Numbered from the stretch's first letter, positions 25,781 to 39,139 are shown. The stretch is DNA of 64,000 nt from Hemiscyllium ocellatum (GCF_020745735.1 NC_083401.1:52511740-52575739); one strand, 5' to 3'. The notes: a model not told the origin generated them from the letters alone. Numbers and translations: made by a program.

Positions 25781-25811
25781 GTGCTGTGTCAAGAATTCTG
25801 GGAGAACCATG

Positions 25812-25928
25812 TGGTGCTGGAAAAGCAGGAGAGACCAGCTCCTCGGATGCTGCCTGACCTGATGTGCCTTTTCCAATGCCACACGTTTTGACTCTGATCT
25901 CCAGCATTTGCAGTCCTCACTTTCTCCT
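25812..25928 (+). mobile_element. PLE terminal mini-insertion with 9-bp TSD
   Basis: AGAACCATG at 25803-25811 and 25929-25937; short inverted 5' arm. Confidence 0.7.
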
Positions 25929-26009
25929 AGAACCATGAGAGAAGTCTACACTTGTGAATGGAAAGCTGTTTCAAGTGGTGTTTCACACTGTGCAGTGTTG
26001 GAATCCTTG

Positions 26010-27585
26010 CTGCAACATTAACAATTTGGACTTGAACGTGGGGACACAACTGGGAAATTTGCAGACAACACAAAAATTGGTCATGTAGTGGATAATGTAA
26101 GGGATACCTGTGAGCTCCAAAATTATAAAGATGGATTTGTGGAATGGACAAGAAAGTGGCAGATGGAATTTAATTCAGGTTAGTGTGAGGTAATGCATTT
26201 GGAGAGGTAAAATAGCAAAAGGGAATACACAATAAATGGGAATATACTGAGATGGGGTCGATGAAGTGAGAGATTTTGGTATGCAAGTGCACAGGTCCCT
26301 AAAGATAGCAGTACAGGTAGACAAGGTTGTAAAGAATGCATCTGGAACACTCTCCTTCATTGGCAGAGGTATAGAATACAAATGTAGGGACTTAATGATG
26401 CAGTTGACTGTGATGTTGGTTTACAGAGCAGCGTGATGCCAACAGCATAGGTTCAGTTCCTATCACTGGTTTGAGCTACTATGAAGGACTCTCCTTCTCA
26501 ACTCTTCCCTCGCCTGAGGTCTGGAGTTTAGAAGACTGAGAGGGGATCTGATTGAGACATATAAGATTATTAAAGGATTGGACACTCTGGAGGCAGGAAA
26601 CATGTTTCCACTGATGGGTGAGTGCTGAACCAGAGGACACAGCTTAAAAATACGGGGTAGACCATTTAGGACAAGGATGAGGAGAAACTTCTTCACCCAG
26701 AGAGTGGTGGCTGTGTGGAATGCTCTGCCCCAGAGGGCAGTGGAGGCCTAGTCTCTGGATTCATTTAAGAAAGAGTTGGATAGAGCCCTCAAGGAAAGTG
26801 GAATCAAGGGTTATGGAGATAAGGCAGGAACAGGATACTGATTAAGGATCAGCCATGATCATATTGAATGGTGGTGCAGGCTCGAAGGACAGAATGGCCT
26901 ACTCCTGCACCAATTGTCTATTGATGCCCCAAACGTTAAATCATCACCAGTCACTTATCTCTAATGAGGGAGCAGTTCCTATGTCCTGGCAAGACCACGG
27001 TGACACAACAAACACAACAAAGTATAAGACACTGGTGAGGCCACAACTGGAGTATTGTGTGAAGTTCTGGTCACCACATTACAGGAAGGACATAACTGGT
27101 CTGGAGACAGTGCAGTCAAGATTAACCAGAACGTTGCCAGGTCTGCAAAATTGTAGCTACAACGAGAGGTTGGAGAGATTGAGGTTGTTTTCCTCAGAAC
27201 AAGAAAAGGTTAAGGGGTGACATGTTTGAGGTATGCAAAATTGTGAGGGTACAGATGGACAGGGGAAACCTGTTTCCCTTGGCAGGGAGTTCAAAACCCA
27301 GAGGTACAGATTCAAGCTAAGTAGCAGAAGGATTAGAGACATGAGGACAAATATTTTTTACAAATGGTGGTTGGTATCTGGAACTCACTGCCTGAGGTGA
27401 TGGTGGAGGCAGAGAACCTAAACTCTTTAAAAAGTACCTGGATCTGCACCTTAACTGCTGTAAGCTGCAGGGCTATGGGTCGTGTGCAGGAAGTTGGGAT
27501 TATAAAGGGCATCTGGGTGTCTTTGAGTTGACATAAACAAGATGGGCCGAATGACCCCTTCTGTGCTGTATCATTTTTATGGTTC
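26010..27585 (+). mobile_element. CR1 3' fragment hosting a nested SINE and a second CR1
   Basis: KFADNTK..MEFN; the frame ..MMQL|YKTLVRPQLEYC is split at ~26405/27020. Confidence 0.85.
26405..27020 (+). mobile_element. tRNA-derived SINE family C, split by a CR1 3' fragment (26520-26925)
   Basis: GATGCCAACAGCATAGGTTCAGTTCC B-box-like head; resumes at ~26925 and ends in an (ACA)n tail. Confidence 0.6.
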
Positions 27586-27589
27586 TGGG

Positions 27590-28300
27590 TCAATTCAGGC
27601 CTTTCTTGATGCCAATACCAACAAGCAACATTTTTTAACTAAGTACTGAATGTCAGAACTAAATTCTCGCAAGTGACCGTGTGAGTCCTGTGAAGGGCTC
27701 ATTATCATCCTCATTATTACTTAATCTCACTTTATTCTACCAACCGTCAGATAGAAACCAAATACCAAGAGTTCCTAAGCTGAAAGTCAGTGAGCGTATC
27801 TGGTGACTCCAGGTCTCTGCCTGCTCCTAGGACCTTTATTTTGGACACCTTTTACCAAACATCTCAAGACACATTCCAGTCCAATTGCTGCATGCTCCCT
27901 GGGCCCCTGGACTTGGACTCTCAACCTCTCCACACCATCATGACACATCTCCAATCCAATTACGATACACTTCTGTACTTTAATGTTGCACCTTGGAATG
28001 CACTGGCAGCTTTCAAATACAAGTCTACTCACGGATACTTTACTTGCACAGACAGACACCCAATTCGCAGATTGGACCAGGATGCATCTCAGAGCTTCTC
28101 ACTTTCTCTGTTGACATTGATTTCTTTATTGCCTACTGGCATGTTCCCAACATCCCTGCATGCCCTGTCTTGCTTTGTCTTCTCAGCTGTACTTTGAAGT
28201 ACCATTGTATGTCTGACTCGCACTGCTGTTTAGAGGAGACACAAAACCAGGCAGTTTGTCATGTCTATCAGCAGTGATTAATCAATAGGCTTGCTGAATG
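27590..28300. repeat. Unclassified dispersed repeat, diverged copy at 47170-47890 (possibly Harbinger-derived)
   Basis: Shared blocks TTTTAACTAAGT..AAATTCTCGC, GGAYACTTT..TGGACCAGG and AGACACAAARCCAGG. Confidence 0.5.
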
Positions 28301-28939
28301 GTGCAGTGATGTGTCAATCTCACACCTATTTGCTAGCAGCCTGTGCAGCAAACACACCACATTTACTTCAATCAAATGGCCGGGTCTCAGGGGAAAGATG
28401 TTCAGTTAAATCAAGGAGGACTACTGTCAGTAACTGGGATTCCATTGCAGTCAGTCAGTGGCAGTATCAACTGTCTCTCCAGACACTTCAGCATGGTCAG
28501 TCAACTGCTGGGGGCAGTTTGGTTGGGAGGTCATCTCACTAGTCCATGGAGTGGGACACAGTCAGTCCTGGAGGTCCAATGCAAGCTTTCAGGGCATTAG
28601 CGGATCATCAGTCAGGGAGAATCATGGAGATAAGTCAGGGAACTGGTCACACATCAAGCAGAGATGTCTGTTCAAGTCAGTCAATGGAATGTATCGTGGT
28701 ATTTGGGGTCCCTGCTGTGGGAGGGAAGTGGAAGGACTCAACACTGTAGATTGCAGACAACAAATTGGGTTGTGGAGGATGGCGAAGTGAGGGAAATGTT
28801 TAACAAAAACCGTCAGGGAACCATTGGTGATCATGTGGATATGGACTGTTGTGGGAAGTGGGTGTGTAGGTAGGATGTCACTATCACTGTGATCTTAATA
28901 TGAGACTGTTCAGCACAATGGTGGGCATGACCAAAGTTT

Positions 28940-31375
28940 AAATTAGAGTGGTGTGGAACAGCAGTTCAGGCAGCATCCGAGGAGCAGTAAAATCGACATT
29001 TCGGGCAAAAGCACTTCATCAGGAATATAGGCAGAGTGCCTGAAGGGTGGAAAGATAAATGAGAGGAGGGTGGGGGTGGGGAGAAAGTAACATAGAGTAC
29101 AATAGGTGAGTGGGGAAGGGGATGAAGGTGATAGATCAGGGAGGAGGGTGGAGCAGATAGGTGGAAAGGAAGATAGGGCAGGTAGGACAAGTCATGGGGA
29201 CAGTGCTGAGCTGGAAGTTTGGAACTGGGGTCAGGTGGGGGAAGGGGAAATGAGGAAACTGGTGAAGTCCACATTGATGCCCTGGGGTTGAAGTGTTCTG
29301 AGGCAGAAGATGAGGCATTCTTCCTTCCAGGGAATGATCTTTGTGGAAGGCGAAAGGGGTGGGGAGGGAAATACATCCCTGGTGGTGGGGTCAGTTTGGA
29401 GGTGGCGGAAATGTCAGCGAATGATTTGGTTTACGCGAAGGTTGGTATTGTGGAAGGTGAGCACCAGGGGCGTTCTGTCCTTGTTACGGTTGGAGGGGTG
29501 GGGTCTGAGGGCGGAGGTGCGGGATGTGGACAAGATGTGTTAGAGGGCATCTTTAACCACGTGGGAAGGGAAATTACGGTCTCTAAAGAAAGAGGCCATC
29601 TGATGTGTTCTGTGGTGGAACTGGTCCTCCTGGGAGCAGATACAGCAGAGGCGGAGGAATTGGGAATACGGGATGGCATTTTTGCAGGAGGTAGCATGGG
29701 AAAAGGTGTAATCCAGGTAGTTGTGGGATTTGGTGGGTTTGTAAAAAATGTCAGTGTCAAGTCGGTCGTCATTAATGGAGATGGAGCGCTCCAGGAAGGG
29801 GAGGGAGGTGTCAGAGATGGTCCAGGTAAATTTAAGGTCAGGGTGGAATGTATTGGTGAAGTTGATGAATTGCTCAACCTCCTTGCAGGAGCACGAGGTG
29901 GTGCCAATGCAGTCATTAATGTAGCGGAGGAAGAAGTGGGTGTGGTGCCGATGTAATTACAGAAGATGGACTGTTCTACGTAGCCAACAAAGAGACAGGC
30001 ATAGCTGGGGCCCATACGGGTGCCCATGGCTGCTCCTTTGGTCTGGAGGAAGTGGGAGGACTCCAAGGAGAAATTGTTAAGGGTGAGGACCAGTTCTGCC
30101 AAACAAATGAGAGTGTCAGTGGAAGGGTACTGTTGGGGACATCAGGAGAGGAAGAAACGGAGGGCTTGGAGGCCCTGGTCATGGCGGATGGAGGTGTAGA
30201 GGGACTGGATGTCCATGGTGAAGATGAGGGGTTGGGGGCTAGGGAAACGGAAGTCTTGGAGGAGGTGGAGGGCGTGGGTGGTGTTCAGTGGGGCAGGCTG
30301 AGACAATGGGTCGGCCAAGGTGGTCAGGCTTGTGGATCTTGGGAAGGAGGTAGAACCGGGCAGTGCGGGGTTCCTGGACTATGAGGATGGAAGCTGTGGG
30401 TGGGAGATCTCTTGAGGTGATGAGGCTCTGTATGGTCTGGGAGATGATGGTTTGGTGATGGGGGGGGGTGGGATAATGGTGAAGGGGGCGGCAGGAAGAG
30501 GTGTCCTCGAGTTGGCGTCTGGTTTCAGTGGTGTAGAAGTCAGTGCGCCAGACTACCATTGCGCCCCCTCTATCTGCTGGCTTGATGGTGAGGTCAGGAT
30601 TAGAGGGCTGCGCATTGTGAGGGTGAGAGGTTGGAGGGGGGGGGGGGGGTAGACAGTTCGAGGCGGTTAATGTCCCGGCGGCAGTTGGAAATGAAGAGGT
30701 CGAGGGTGGGTAATAGACCAGCAAGGGGTGTCCAGGTGGATGCACTGTGTTGGAAGTGGGCGAAGGGGTCCTCGGAAGGTGGGCGGGAATCCTGATTGTG
30801 AAAGTAAGCTCGGAGGCGGAGGGGGCGGAAGAAGTGTTCGAAGTCACGGCATGTATTAAATTCATTGATGTGTGGGCGGAGGGGGATGAAGGTGAGTCCT
30901 TTGCTGAGGACTGATTGTTCGTCCTCAGTGAAGGGGAGGTCTGGAGGGATGGTGAAAATTCGGCAGTGCTGGGAGCTGGTGTGGGTGTGGAGCTGGAAAT
31001 GAGGGCGGAGCCTGTAACTGGAGTGGGTGTGGTTGTGGAGGGAATGGGGGTGGAGTCATGAGCAGGGGTGGTGTTCCCCTCGGGGTTCTGGGGGGCAGGG
31101 ATGGTGACAGTGGGATCTGTGGGGGGCATATCAGCAGAATGCAGGTGAGTGGCGTTGGTGGGGGCAGAAGTGGTGGTGAACATGGCAGTAGGTGGGTGGA
31201 GTCACTGAGCGTGTGACATCAGTGATGATGTGTGGTGCATGAGGAATTGTGAGGGGCAGAAATGGCTGTGGAAGTGGCCGTGATAGGGGCGAAAGTGACA
31301 TCATCAATCAGCGTGGGGATGGTGGCTGTACCAGCTGCATAGCTAATGGCATCCGAGCAGTCCCAGAGGCCGGAG
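28940..31375 (-). mobile_element. Neptune-like PLE with long N-terminal region; endonuclease deleted
   Basis: IKPADRGGAMVVW, ARFYLLPKIHKP..GRPIVSAC and LVLTLNNF..GAAMGTRMGPSYACLF motifs; terminal repeat with decayed hammerhead 28995-29022; internal deletions at ~29330 and ~30285. Confidence 0.92.
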
Positions 31376-31769
31376 GAATCTACAAAGTGTAGTCATGGGG
31401 CTCAGGGGTCAGGTTAAGAGTTGAAGTTGTATTCCAAGATGGTGGATGGGAACGTGGGGATTCAAGAAAGGTGCACAGTCCAGGGAGTGCAAAGAGACAT
31501 GAAGGTTTGGAGGAGAATATAACAACCGAGCCTGAGCCAAGTACTTTTAGTGTTAAATGGAATCCACAATTCATTGAGTGCTAATATTGACCTAAACATG
31601 AATAGAAAATGATTGCGACCATGAGTGAACAGAGTCACTGTGTGCTTTCAGTGCAAAAACGCAGTCTCCATTTTTAAATGATGAGAGATCCTATAAAGAG
31701 CAACTATATCATTCGAACACTTGCAGAGTGCTGGTTGAAATCATTTGCAAACATTATCACTGGCATCAG

Positions 31770-32485
31770 TGGACAAGTTCATATTTCCTTGAAAGTGGGT
31801 AGTTCCTTGAAAGTGGAGTCGCTGGTAGATAGGATAGTGAAGAAGCCATTTGATATGCTTTCCTTTATAGGTCAGAGCACTGAGTATAGGGGTTGGGAGG
31901 TCATGTTACAGCTGTACAGGACATTGGTTAGGCTACTTTTGGAATATTGCATTCAATTCTAGTCTCCTTCCAATTGGAAGAATATTGTGAAACTTGAAAG
32001 GGTTCAGAAAAGATTTATAAGGATATTGCCAGGATTGGAGGATTTGAGCTATAGGGAGAAGCTGAATAGGGAGGGCTGTTTTCCCTGGAGCATCGGAAGC
32101 TGAGGGATTATCTTATAAAGGCTTATAAAAATCATGAGGGGCATGGATAGGGTAAATAGATAAGGTCTTTTCTCTGGGATGGGGGAATCCAGAACCGGAG
32201 GGCATAGGTTTGGGGTGAGAGGGGAAAGATGTAAAAGGGACCTAAGGAGAAACATTTTATACAGAAATTGGTGTGTGTTTGGAACGAGCTGCCAGAGGAG
32301 ATGGTGGAGGCTGGTACAATTACAACATTTAAAACACATCTGGATGGGTATATGAATAGGAAGAGTTTAGAGGGATACAGAACAAGTGCTGGCAAATGGG
32401 ACTAGACTAGGTTAGGATATCTGGTCGGCATGAATAAATTGAATCAAATGGTCTGTTTTCATGCTGTACATCTCTATGACTCTAA
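31770..32485 (+). mobile_element. CR1/HER1 3' fragment
   Basis: LYRTLVRLLLEYCIQF motif; tail ending CTCTATGACTCTA. Confidence 0.9.
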
Positions 32486-33049
32486 GTGTGTATGGTGAAA
32501 ATGCTGGTCACAAGCAAATCGACCATGTCATTGGCATTTACAAATTGAAAACAGGCATCTCTGCAAAGCAGAAGTAATCTCAGGCCACGTTAGAATGGGG
32601 ACTGCAGGCCACAGTGCACACAGCTAATGGAACAACTCCTGGAGTACACAGGGGGCATGAGTTATTCCTTTCAACCTGAATTAAATATATAATGCAAGAC
32701 TGCATCATAAGTAATGATGATGTCAGTGATGATGTGGTCTTGGGGGATGGGTTCAGTACTCATGCAGTAATACACTCTCCGAACTAGCTCTTTGCCACAT
32801 GACTGATGGTGCATTCATTGGAATAAGACCCAATGTCAACATGCTGAGATGAGTTATCCCATGGTCCTCCTTTTCAGAATGCTCCATGACTCACTGTATG
32901 GACGGTTATACAAAGCTGTCACTGCTCACGTTGCTAAGGTCCTGTTCTGTTTCTTCTGCTTCCCACATAGGTTCATTGTTAGTATGACTGATAGACCCAG
33001 GCTATTGCTGCAGCAACATGACCACCACCAATGTCAGGTTCACTGGGCT

Positions 33050-33680
33050 ATATTCCATGGATTTTTCTTACCATCTTTTTAAAACATTGGCACCATGTTA
33101 GCCAACTTCCAGTCTTCCGGCACCTCTGTGACTATCGATGATACAAGTATCACAGCAAGGGGTTGAGCAATCACTTCCCTAGCTTCCCACAGAGTTCTAG
33201 GGTACACCTGATCTTTCACCTTTATATGGTCAACACCTCCTCTGTAAAATGGACATTTTTCAAGATGTTGCTATTTATTTCCCCACATTTTATATCTTCC
33301 ATATCCTTCTTTACAGTAAACATTAATGCAAAACACTTGCATAGTATCTCCCTCATCTCCTGTGGTTCCATACTTTGCTGATCATTATGGGGCCCTATTC
33401 TCTCCCTCGTTATCCTTTTGTCCTTAATGTATTTATAGAATTGCTTTGGATTGTCTTTAACCCTATTTGCTAAAGCTATCTCATGTCCTCTTTTTGCCCT
33501 CCTGATTTCCCTCTTAAGTATACTCCTACTGTCCTTATGCTCTTCTAGGGATCCACTCGATCTCTGTTGTCTATATCTGACATATGCTTCCTTTTTTTTC
33601 TTGGTAAGAACCTCAATTTCTCAAGTCATCCAGCATTCTCTTCACCCACCATCTTTGCTGTTCATCCTAACAGGGACATA
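33050..33680 (-). mobile_element. CR1 ORF2 mid fragment
   Basis: Minus-strand PEDWKLANMVPMF motif. Confidence 0.75.
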
Positions 33681-33699
33681 CTATCTGGATGCAGTCAAA

Positions 33700-34570
33700 G
33701 CGACCCTGAGCATGTACAGGATGCATAAGGGAGCAAAAGTCTTTTGTTGTCAATGCCATTTCCTCCAGATAATTGAGGTGCAATGTTGGGACAAGCTGTC
33801 AATATTGCTCTCAGTGACACTTCACTGAACTATGCCACCTGCTGGATGGGGCCCACAACCTCGAGCAATGTGATGACCATCCTGTCATAGTGGCTGTCAA
33901 AGTGACAGCTGCACTGAACTTTTGTGCGACTGGCTCTTTTAAAGGAACCACTAGTGCCCTGTGTGGAATCTGTCAATTGACCACCGATGATGGATCAACA
34001 CTGTGTCCGATGCTATTGACGCCACATCACACCCCTGCAATTTGTTTCCCTGTGATGAATTTAGAGCTGCAGGCCTAGCAGTAGAATTTATCAATATCAT
34101 TGATTCTCACCAGTGCAGGGAACAAAACACTGTACACATGTCATGCTTAGAGGAACATATTGTAACTCAGCCAAACTCATGAGTAGAAAATGGGTGCCAT
34201 TCCATCAACATGCAAGTGATTTATGATCATCAATTCCTTCTTAAATATTTTGCAATGGGTAGAATGGGAGATAGTATGATAGCTACACCCTTGAGAACTC
34301 TAATTTTCCTGTTGTGTTTGAGAATCTCGATGTCTTACAAAGATGATCACTGAAAGGCAAATGCAAATCACTCCAACCATATCTGTGATTCAGATATGCA
34401 ACCTACTGTTTGAGATGGAACATAGAAACAATGCAGCCTATTTTTTGACCAGGAATAGAAGACAGGAGTACTGGAGATGAGGTTCTGATGCATGGATTGG
34501 CATAGGGAGCCCTGCAGTAGACTCCAGACAGAGTGCACCATCATCTTAGTGTGCTATGCTCTTTTTGATA
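33700..34570 (+). mobile_element. PIF/Harbinger transposase remnant
   Basis: VAVKVTAALNFCATGSF (33890) and RK.GCHSINMQVIYDH (~34183-34230) match HARBI1/DDE_Tnp_4 motifs; later LEMRF*CMD and PDRVHHHL..CYAL. Confidence 0.75.
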
Positions 34571-35614
34571 TATTATATCATGTACCATGCAGCAAAAGAC
34601 TGATTAATCCATCATGTCTATTCTAATCCAATTTATTAGAATGGTATGAATGATGATTGTTTTCCTCAAATCAGAAATGGCAATGAGGAGATCCAATGAA
34701 ATTGTTCAACCTTACAAACTTCTGAAACTTTTATGGAAAAACACTGCCTTAATTTCCACTAAGCATCTGGAAATTAGTCATGATCATTTTTATCTTACCA
34801 ACGCAGGCTGCAGCTGGCAAATTTAGAAAGGTTCATTCTCCTTTGATAAACAACATCATAGTGGATCTGCTGGCACTGTCTGATAATTATTACATTGCAT
34901 TAAGAACCAGAATCTGTCTCCCTTGCTTCATGCAGGTGATGGAAGTTAAAGTGATGGTCATTAAATTATTTTATCATGAAAGGAGTTAGAGGGTTATAAA
35001 CATTCTTTACTCCGGTCCTGAAGAACAATTGGAAGTTAGGAGCTCACTGAAAGATGATGACTATGATTATGCAAACTAAACTTTTGTGTAATCTCCTTTG
35101 AGGGGACAAACAGTCTAACCCATGAAATAGTGATTTGCTAAGCATACATCATGCTGAGTCACTCATTGTGTGATCCCTGTGGGTCATCGCTATCAGCACA
35201 GTTCTTGGAAAGGGAAGAACATCACTTGATTATGACAAAATAGAGCTGACTATCCAATGTAACTGATGACTCATGGTTTTGTAGAGTATCACATCATGAT
35301 CAATAAAACTTTAGGTAGTTCGCACAAATCTAAATTAGTGAAAGATAAGTTATGGCAATGGAATTTTACTATTTGGTGTCAGTCATATGTTTAAGAAAGG
35401 AATAGATTTCTAGACATTAAAGATGTCAAGGGGTATGGGGAGAGTTGGGGTAAAGCATTGAGATAAAGGATCAGCCATGATCATATCGAATAAGTAGATT
35501 CGATGAACAAAATGGTCTACTCCAAATTCTGGTTTCTATGATGGAAATCTAATCTTTATAGCAGCATTGTGCATTATATATTGTTCAGGATGATCATCTC
35601 ACTGTCTTGACTTG

Positions 35615-37040
35615 AGGAGACAGTGGCACAATGGTAATGTCATTGGACTGAGTAATCCAGATGCCCATGTTAAAGCTGTGGGGACAAGACCATAAGAAAT
35701 AGCAACTGGAGTAGGCCATTCAGTCCCTCAAAAGCTCGAATATTCAATATGATCTCAACTGATAAGACATTTCTCACATCCATTTTCCTGCACTTTCCCT
35801 GTAACCCTAGATTCCCCAGGATCTATATATCTCAGTCTTAAATGGATAGTAGGACTCTTACCCACAGTTCTCTGTGGCAAGGAGTTCCAAAGACTCACAA
35901 CCCTCCATTAGAAGAGATTTCTCCTCATCTCAGTCATAAATTGGTATCTCTTTATTCTGAGAACATGGCCTCTGATCCTAGACGCTCCCATGAGGGGAAC
36001 CTTCGTCTCAGCATTTACCCTGCCAAGCCCTTGCAAATTCTCATGTTCCAATGAGATCACCTCTTATTGTTCTAACTTTTAATGAGTAGCGGTCTAAACT
36101 GTTTAGCCTTTGCTCATAAGATAATCCAACCATACTAAGGATCATCCTAGTGACCCTTCTCTAAATTTTCACCAATCAAATGATGTCTTCTCTTAAATAA
36201 GGGGACCAAAACTGCTCACAGTGCTCAGATGTGATCTCACCAACAGCTTGTAAGTGGCAGTAAGATGTCTCTACTCTTATACTCCAATTCCCTTGAAATG
36301 AAGGCCGGCATTTCACTAGCCTTCCTGATTACATGCTGCACCGGAGTGATTATTTTCTGTGTTTCATGAATATGTGTTCAATTGCATCATGATAGCTGGT
36401 GGAATTGTATTCAATAAATAAATCTGGAATTATAAAACCTGTGATGATGGCCATGCAATGACGATTTCTTTTGTTATAGAAAATCTCACTAATATTCTTC
36501 CGGGAAGGAAATCTGCCATTCTCACCTCATCTGGCCTACTTGTGACTCCAGTCTCAAATCAATACTGGAGGCAATTCTTCAGGACATTGCCTAGAATGGA
36601 GAACTTCGGCAATGAAAAGAGATTGGATAAGCTTGGGTTAGTTTCTTTTTGAGCAGCGATGTTTAAGGGGGAACCTGAGACAGGTGTATAAGATTTTGAC
36701 CCTTTCAGTTCAAAATACTAAAGTGAAAGGCAGGAAATTTAGAGGGAATTTGGGGAAAGCATTTTACCCAGTAGGTGGTGATGATCTGGAATGCACTGCC
36801 TGGGAGTGTAGTTGAGGTGGAAAACTTCATAACCTTTAAAAAGTACTTGGATGAACACTTGATGTGTTGTAACACTCAAGGCTATGGCCTAATCTGGGAC
36901 TAATGTAAGGAGTAGTATCAATGGGCCAAAAAAATGATCATAGTTGACTCTCAACTGCCCTTCAAAATGGCCTAGTAAGTCAATCATTTGAAGGGCATTC
37001 AGGTCAGTCAGTGCTGGCCTTTTCATAAATGTCCACATGC
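35615..37040 (+). mobile_element. SINE family B split into three parts by two CR1 insertions
   Basis: Head ~35615-35685, core ~36385-36552, tail ~36940-37040; CR1(-) at 35690-36370 and CR1(+) at 36560-36930. Confidence 0.65.
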
Positions 37041-37307
37041 TAGGGTGACAGCCTCCACTCTGTTTTATGGCACTATACTGTGTTAGTTGAGATAGACTCA
37101 GAGAAAATCTATAAGGTCAAAGATGCACATCCACAGATGCTGCCAGCCAACAGCAGCAGCAGATTCAACTCATCTACCCAACTAGGCATCTCCCTCAATA
37201 TTACCAAGGAACCAATGAGCAGAACCAGTCATAAAGATGACGTATTAACCTGATGAAGCTACAATACCCAGTCATGTATGATGGTGAACAATCAAACAGT
37301 GGCATGT

Positions 37308-37570
37308 CAACACAGTGGCTCAGTGGTTAGTCTCACAACACCAGTGATCTAGGTTCAACTCCACCCTAGGGTGACTGTCTGTGTAGAGTTTGCACATTCT
37401 CCCCATGTCTGTTTGAGATTGGCCATGGGAAATTGTGCAGGTTAGGTGGGTTAGCCATAGGAAATGCAAGATTAGAGGAATGAGGTGGGTCTGAGTGCGA
37501 TGCTCTCCAGAGAGTTGGTGTAGACTCATTGAGCTGAATGGCCTGCTTCTCAAAACTGTAGGGATTATAT
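37308..37570 (+). mobile_element. HE1 SINE (old, deleted)
   Basis: Head and V-domain. Confidence 0.8.
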
Positions 37571-37930
37571 GAACGAACCAGAAGAGGATACTCCATAATG
37601 AGCTGATGCTTCAGTCTTATCTTTGCAACCATGTTCACCTGACGTGTTGAGTAGATAATCTATCTTGACGACCTCCTCAGATTCCTACCTTCACACACAT
37701 GTCAGAAATCAATTCTCTACTCACTCCTGAACTGGCTGAATGCACTGATTCAGCAAAAGCTGTAGGCTCTGATTGTTTTTGCCTTTCATGGAATGTTACT
37801 TTGTTCATGAGATCAGCATTTGTTGTCTATCCTTAATTCTCCTTGAGAAGGTGGTGGTGAACCACCTTCTTAAACTGCACAGTGCACACGAAGTAGGTTC
37901 ACCCATAGTGCTGTTAGATGGGGAGATCGT

Positions 37931-38242
37931 GGGTGGCACGGTGGCACAGTGGTTAGCACTGCTGCCTCACAGCACCAGAGACCCGGGTTCAATTCCCGCC
38001 TCAGGTGACTGACTGTGTGGAGTTTGCACGTTCTCCCCATGTCTGCGTGGGTTTCCTCCGGGTGCACCGGTTTCCTCCCAAAGATGTGTAGGTCAGGTGA
38101 ATTGGCCATGCTAAATTGCCCGTAGTGTTAGGTAAGGGGTAAATGTATGGGTATGGGTGGGTTGCGCTTCGGCGGGTCGGTGTGGACTTGTTGGGCTGAA
38201 GGGCCTGTTTCCACACTGTAAGTAATCTAATCTAATCTAATC
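37931..38242 (+). mobile_element. HE1 SINE, young full-length
   Basis: Full head, V-domain, (TCTAA)n tail. Confidence 0.92.
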
Positions 38243-38289
38243 CTCCAATTAGGTTGTTCCATTACAGATACAACATAGACACTTACTCA

Positions 38290-38670
38290 AGAATGTTTAA
38301 AATCACCCAAGCATGTCATATTCACAAAAAGCAGGATAAATCCAATCCAGCTGATTACCACCTCATTCTAATCATAATCATCAGCAACTGAGAGCAATTC
38401 CTTCAATAGTACTTTGAAATACCACTTACACAGCAACAACAAACTGATTATCACATTATCCTGACTTGGAAATATATCACCATTTTCTTAATCTCTGTCA
38501 CTGGATCAAAATGCTGGGACTGCCTTCCTAACCACACTATGTCCTTACCCACACCATATGGTCTGCGGTGTCTCAAGAGAGCAAGCCACCACTTTTTCAA
38601 TAAATCTTAGTGCTAGAGAATTAATGCTGGTCTTATTGGTGATGTTCACATTCTATGGCAGAATTTTAAA
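38290..38670 (+). mobile_element. Old CR1/L2-group LINE fragment (tail shared with SINE family B)
   Basis: HKKQDKSNPADY RT motif; 3' end homologous to 57050-57260. Confidence 0.55.
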
Positions 38671-39139
38671 AATACTCTGGACTAAGCTATGCTTGGAGGC
38701 CTTTAAATATTGCAGAGAGTCCAGGATCCAGAGTTCCAACCCCCATTGCTGGAAGGTCCCAAGTATCAAACTGTGAACCACTTAGAAATGAAACCCCAAC
38801 TAAGAAAGGCGATTTAAAATTCACACTAAACTCAAAAATGACTCAATTTCCACTGTTGCAAGCTTCTCTGGCAGTGTGAGGGTCAAAACTGTACGGGGGA
38901 GATGTTCTTTTTTCAGAAGCACCAATATTATCTGTTTAATTCTCATGGTCTGAGGTTATTTAAATCTCTGTCTCACTACTATGGAAAAAAATGATGCAAA
39001 TGTCAAATAAATTAAACTAGCAAACACTCCCTACTGAATGTACTGATGGTCAGGCCATCTAGTGCAGTATAGAAAAGCAATTATCACCCTGTGTTCCTGT
39101 GTTTTAATACTTTTAATATTTCATTGCTGATAGTTCCTA

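Noticed and set aside
30239-31183. 314-aa Pro/Thr-rich ORF as a mucin gene
   Set aside because: It is continuous with PLE RT motifs, so it is part of the retroelement.
34795-35080. Short peptide-like readings (QIHYDVVYQRRMNL on -, YSGPEEQLEVRSSLKDDDYDYAN on +) as exons
   Set aside because: Weak acceptor tracts and no recognisable homology.
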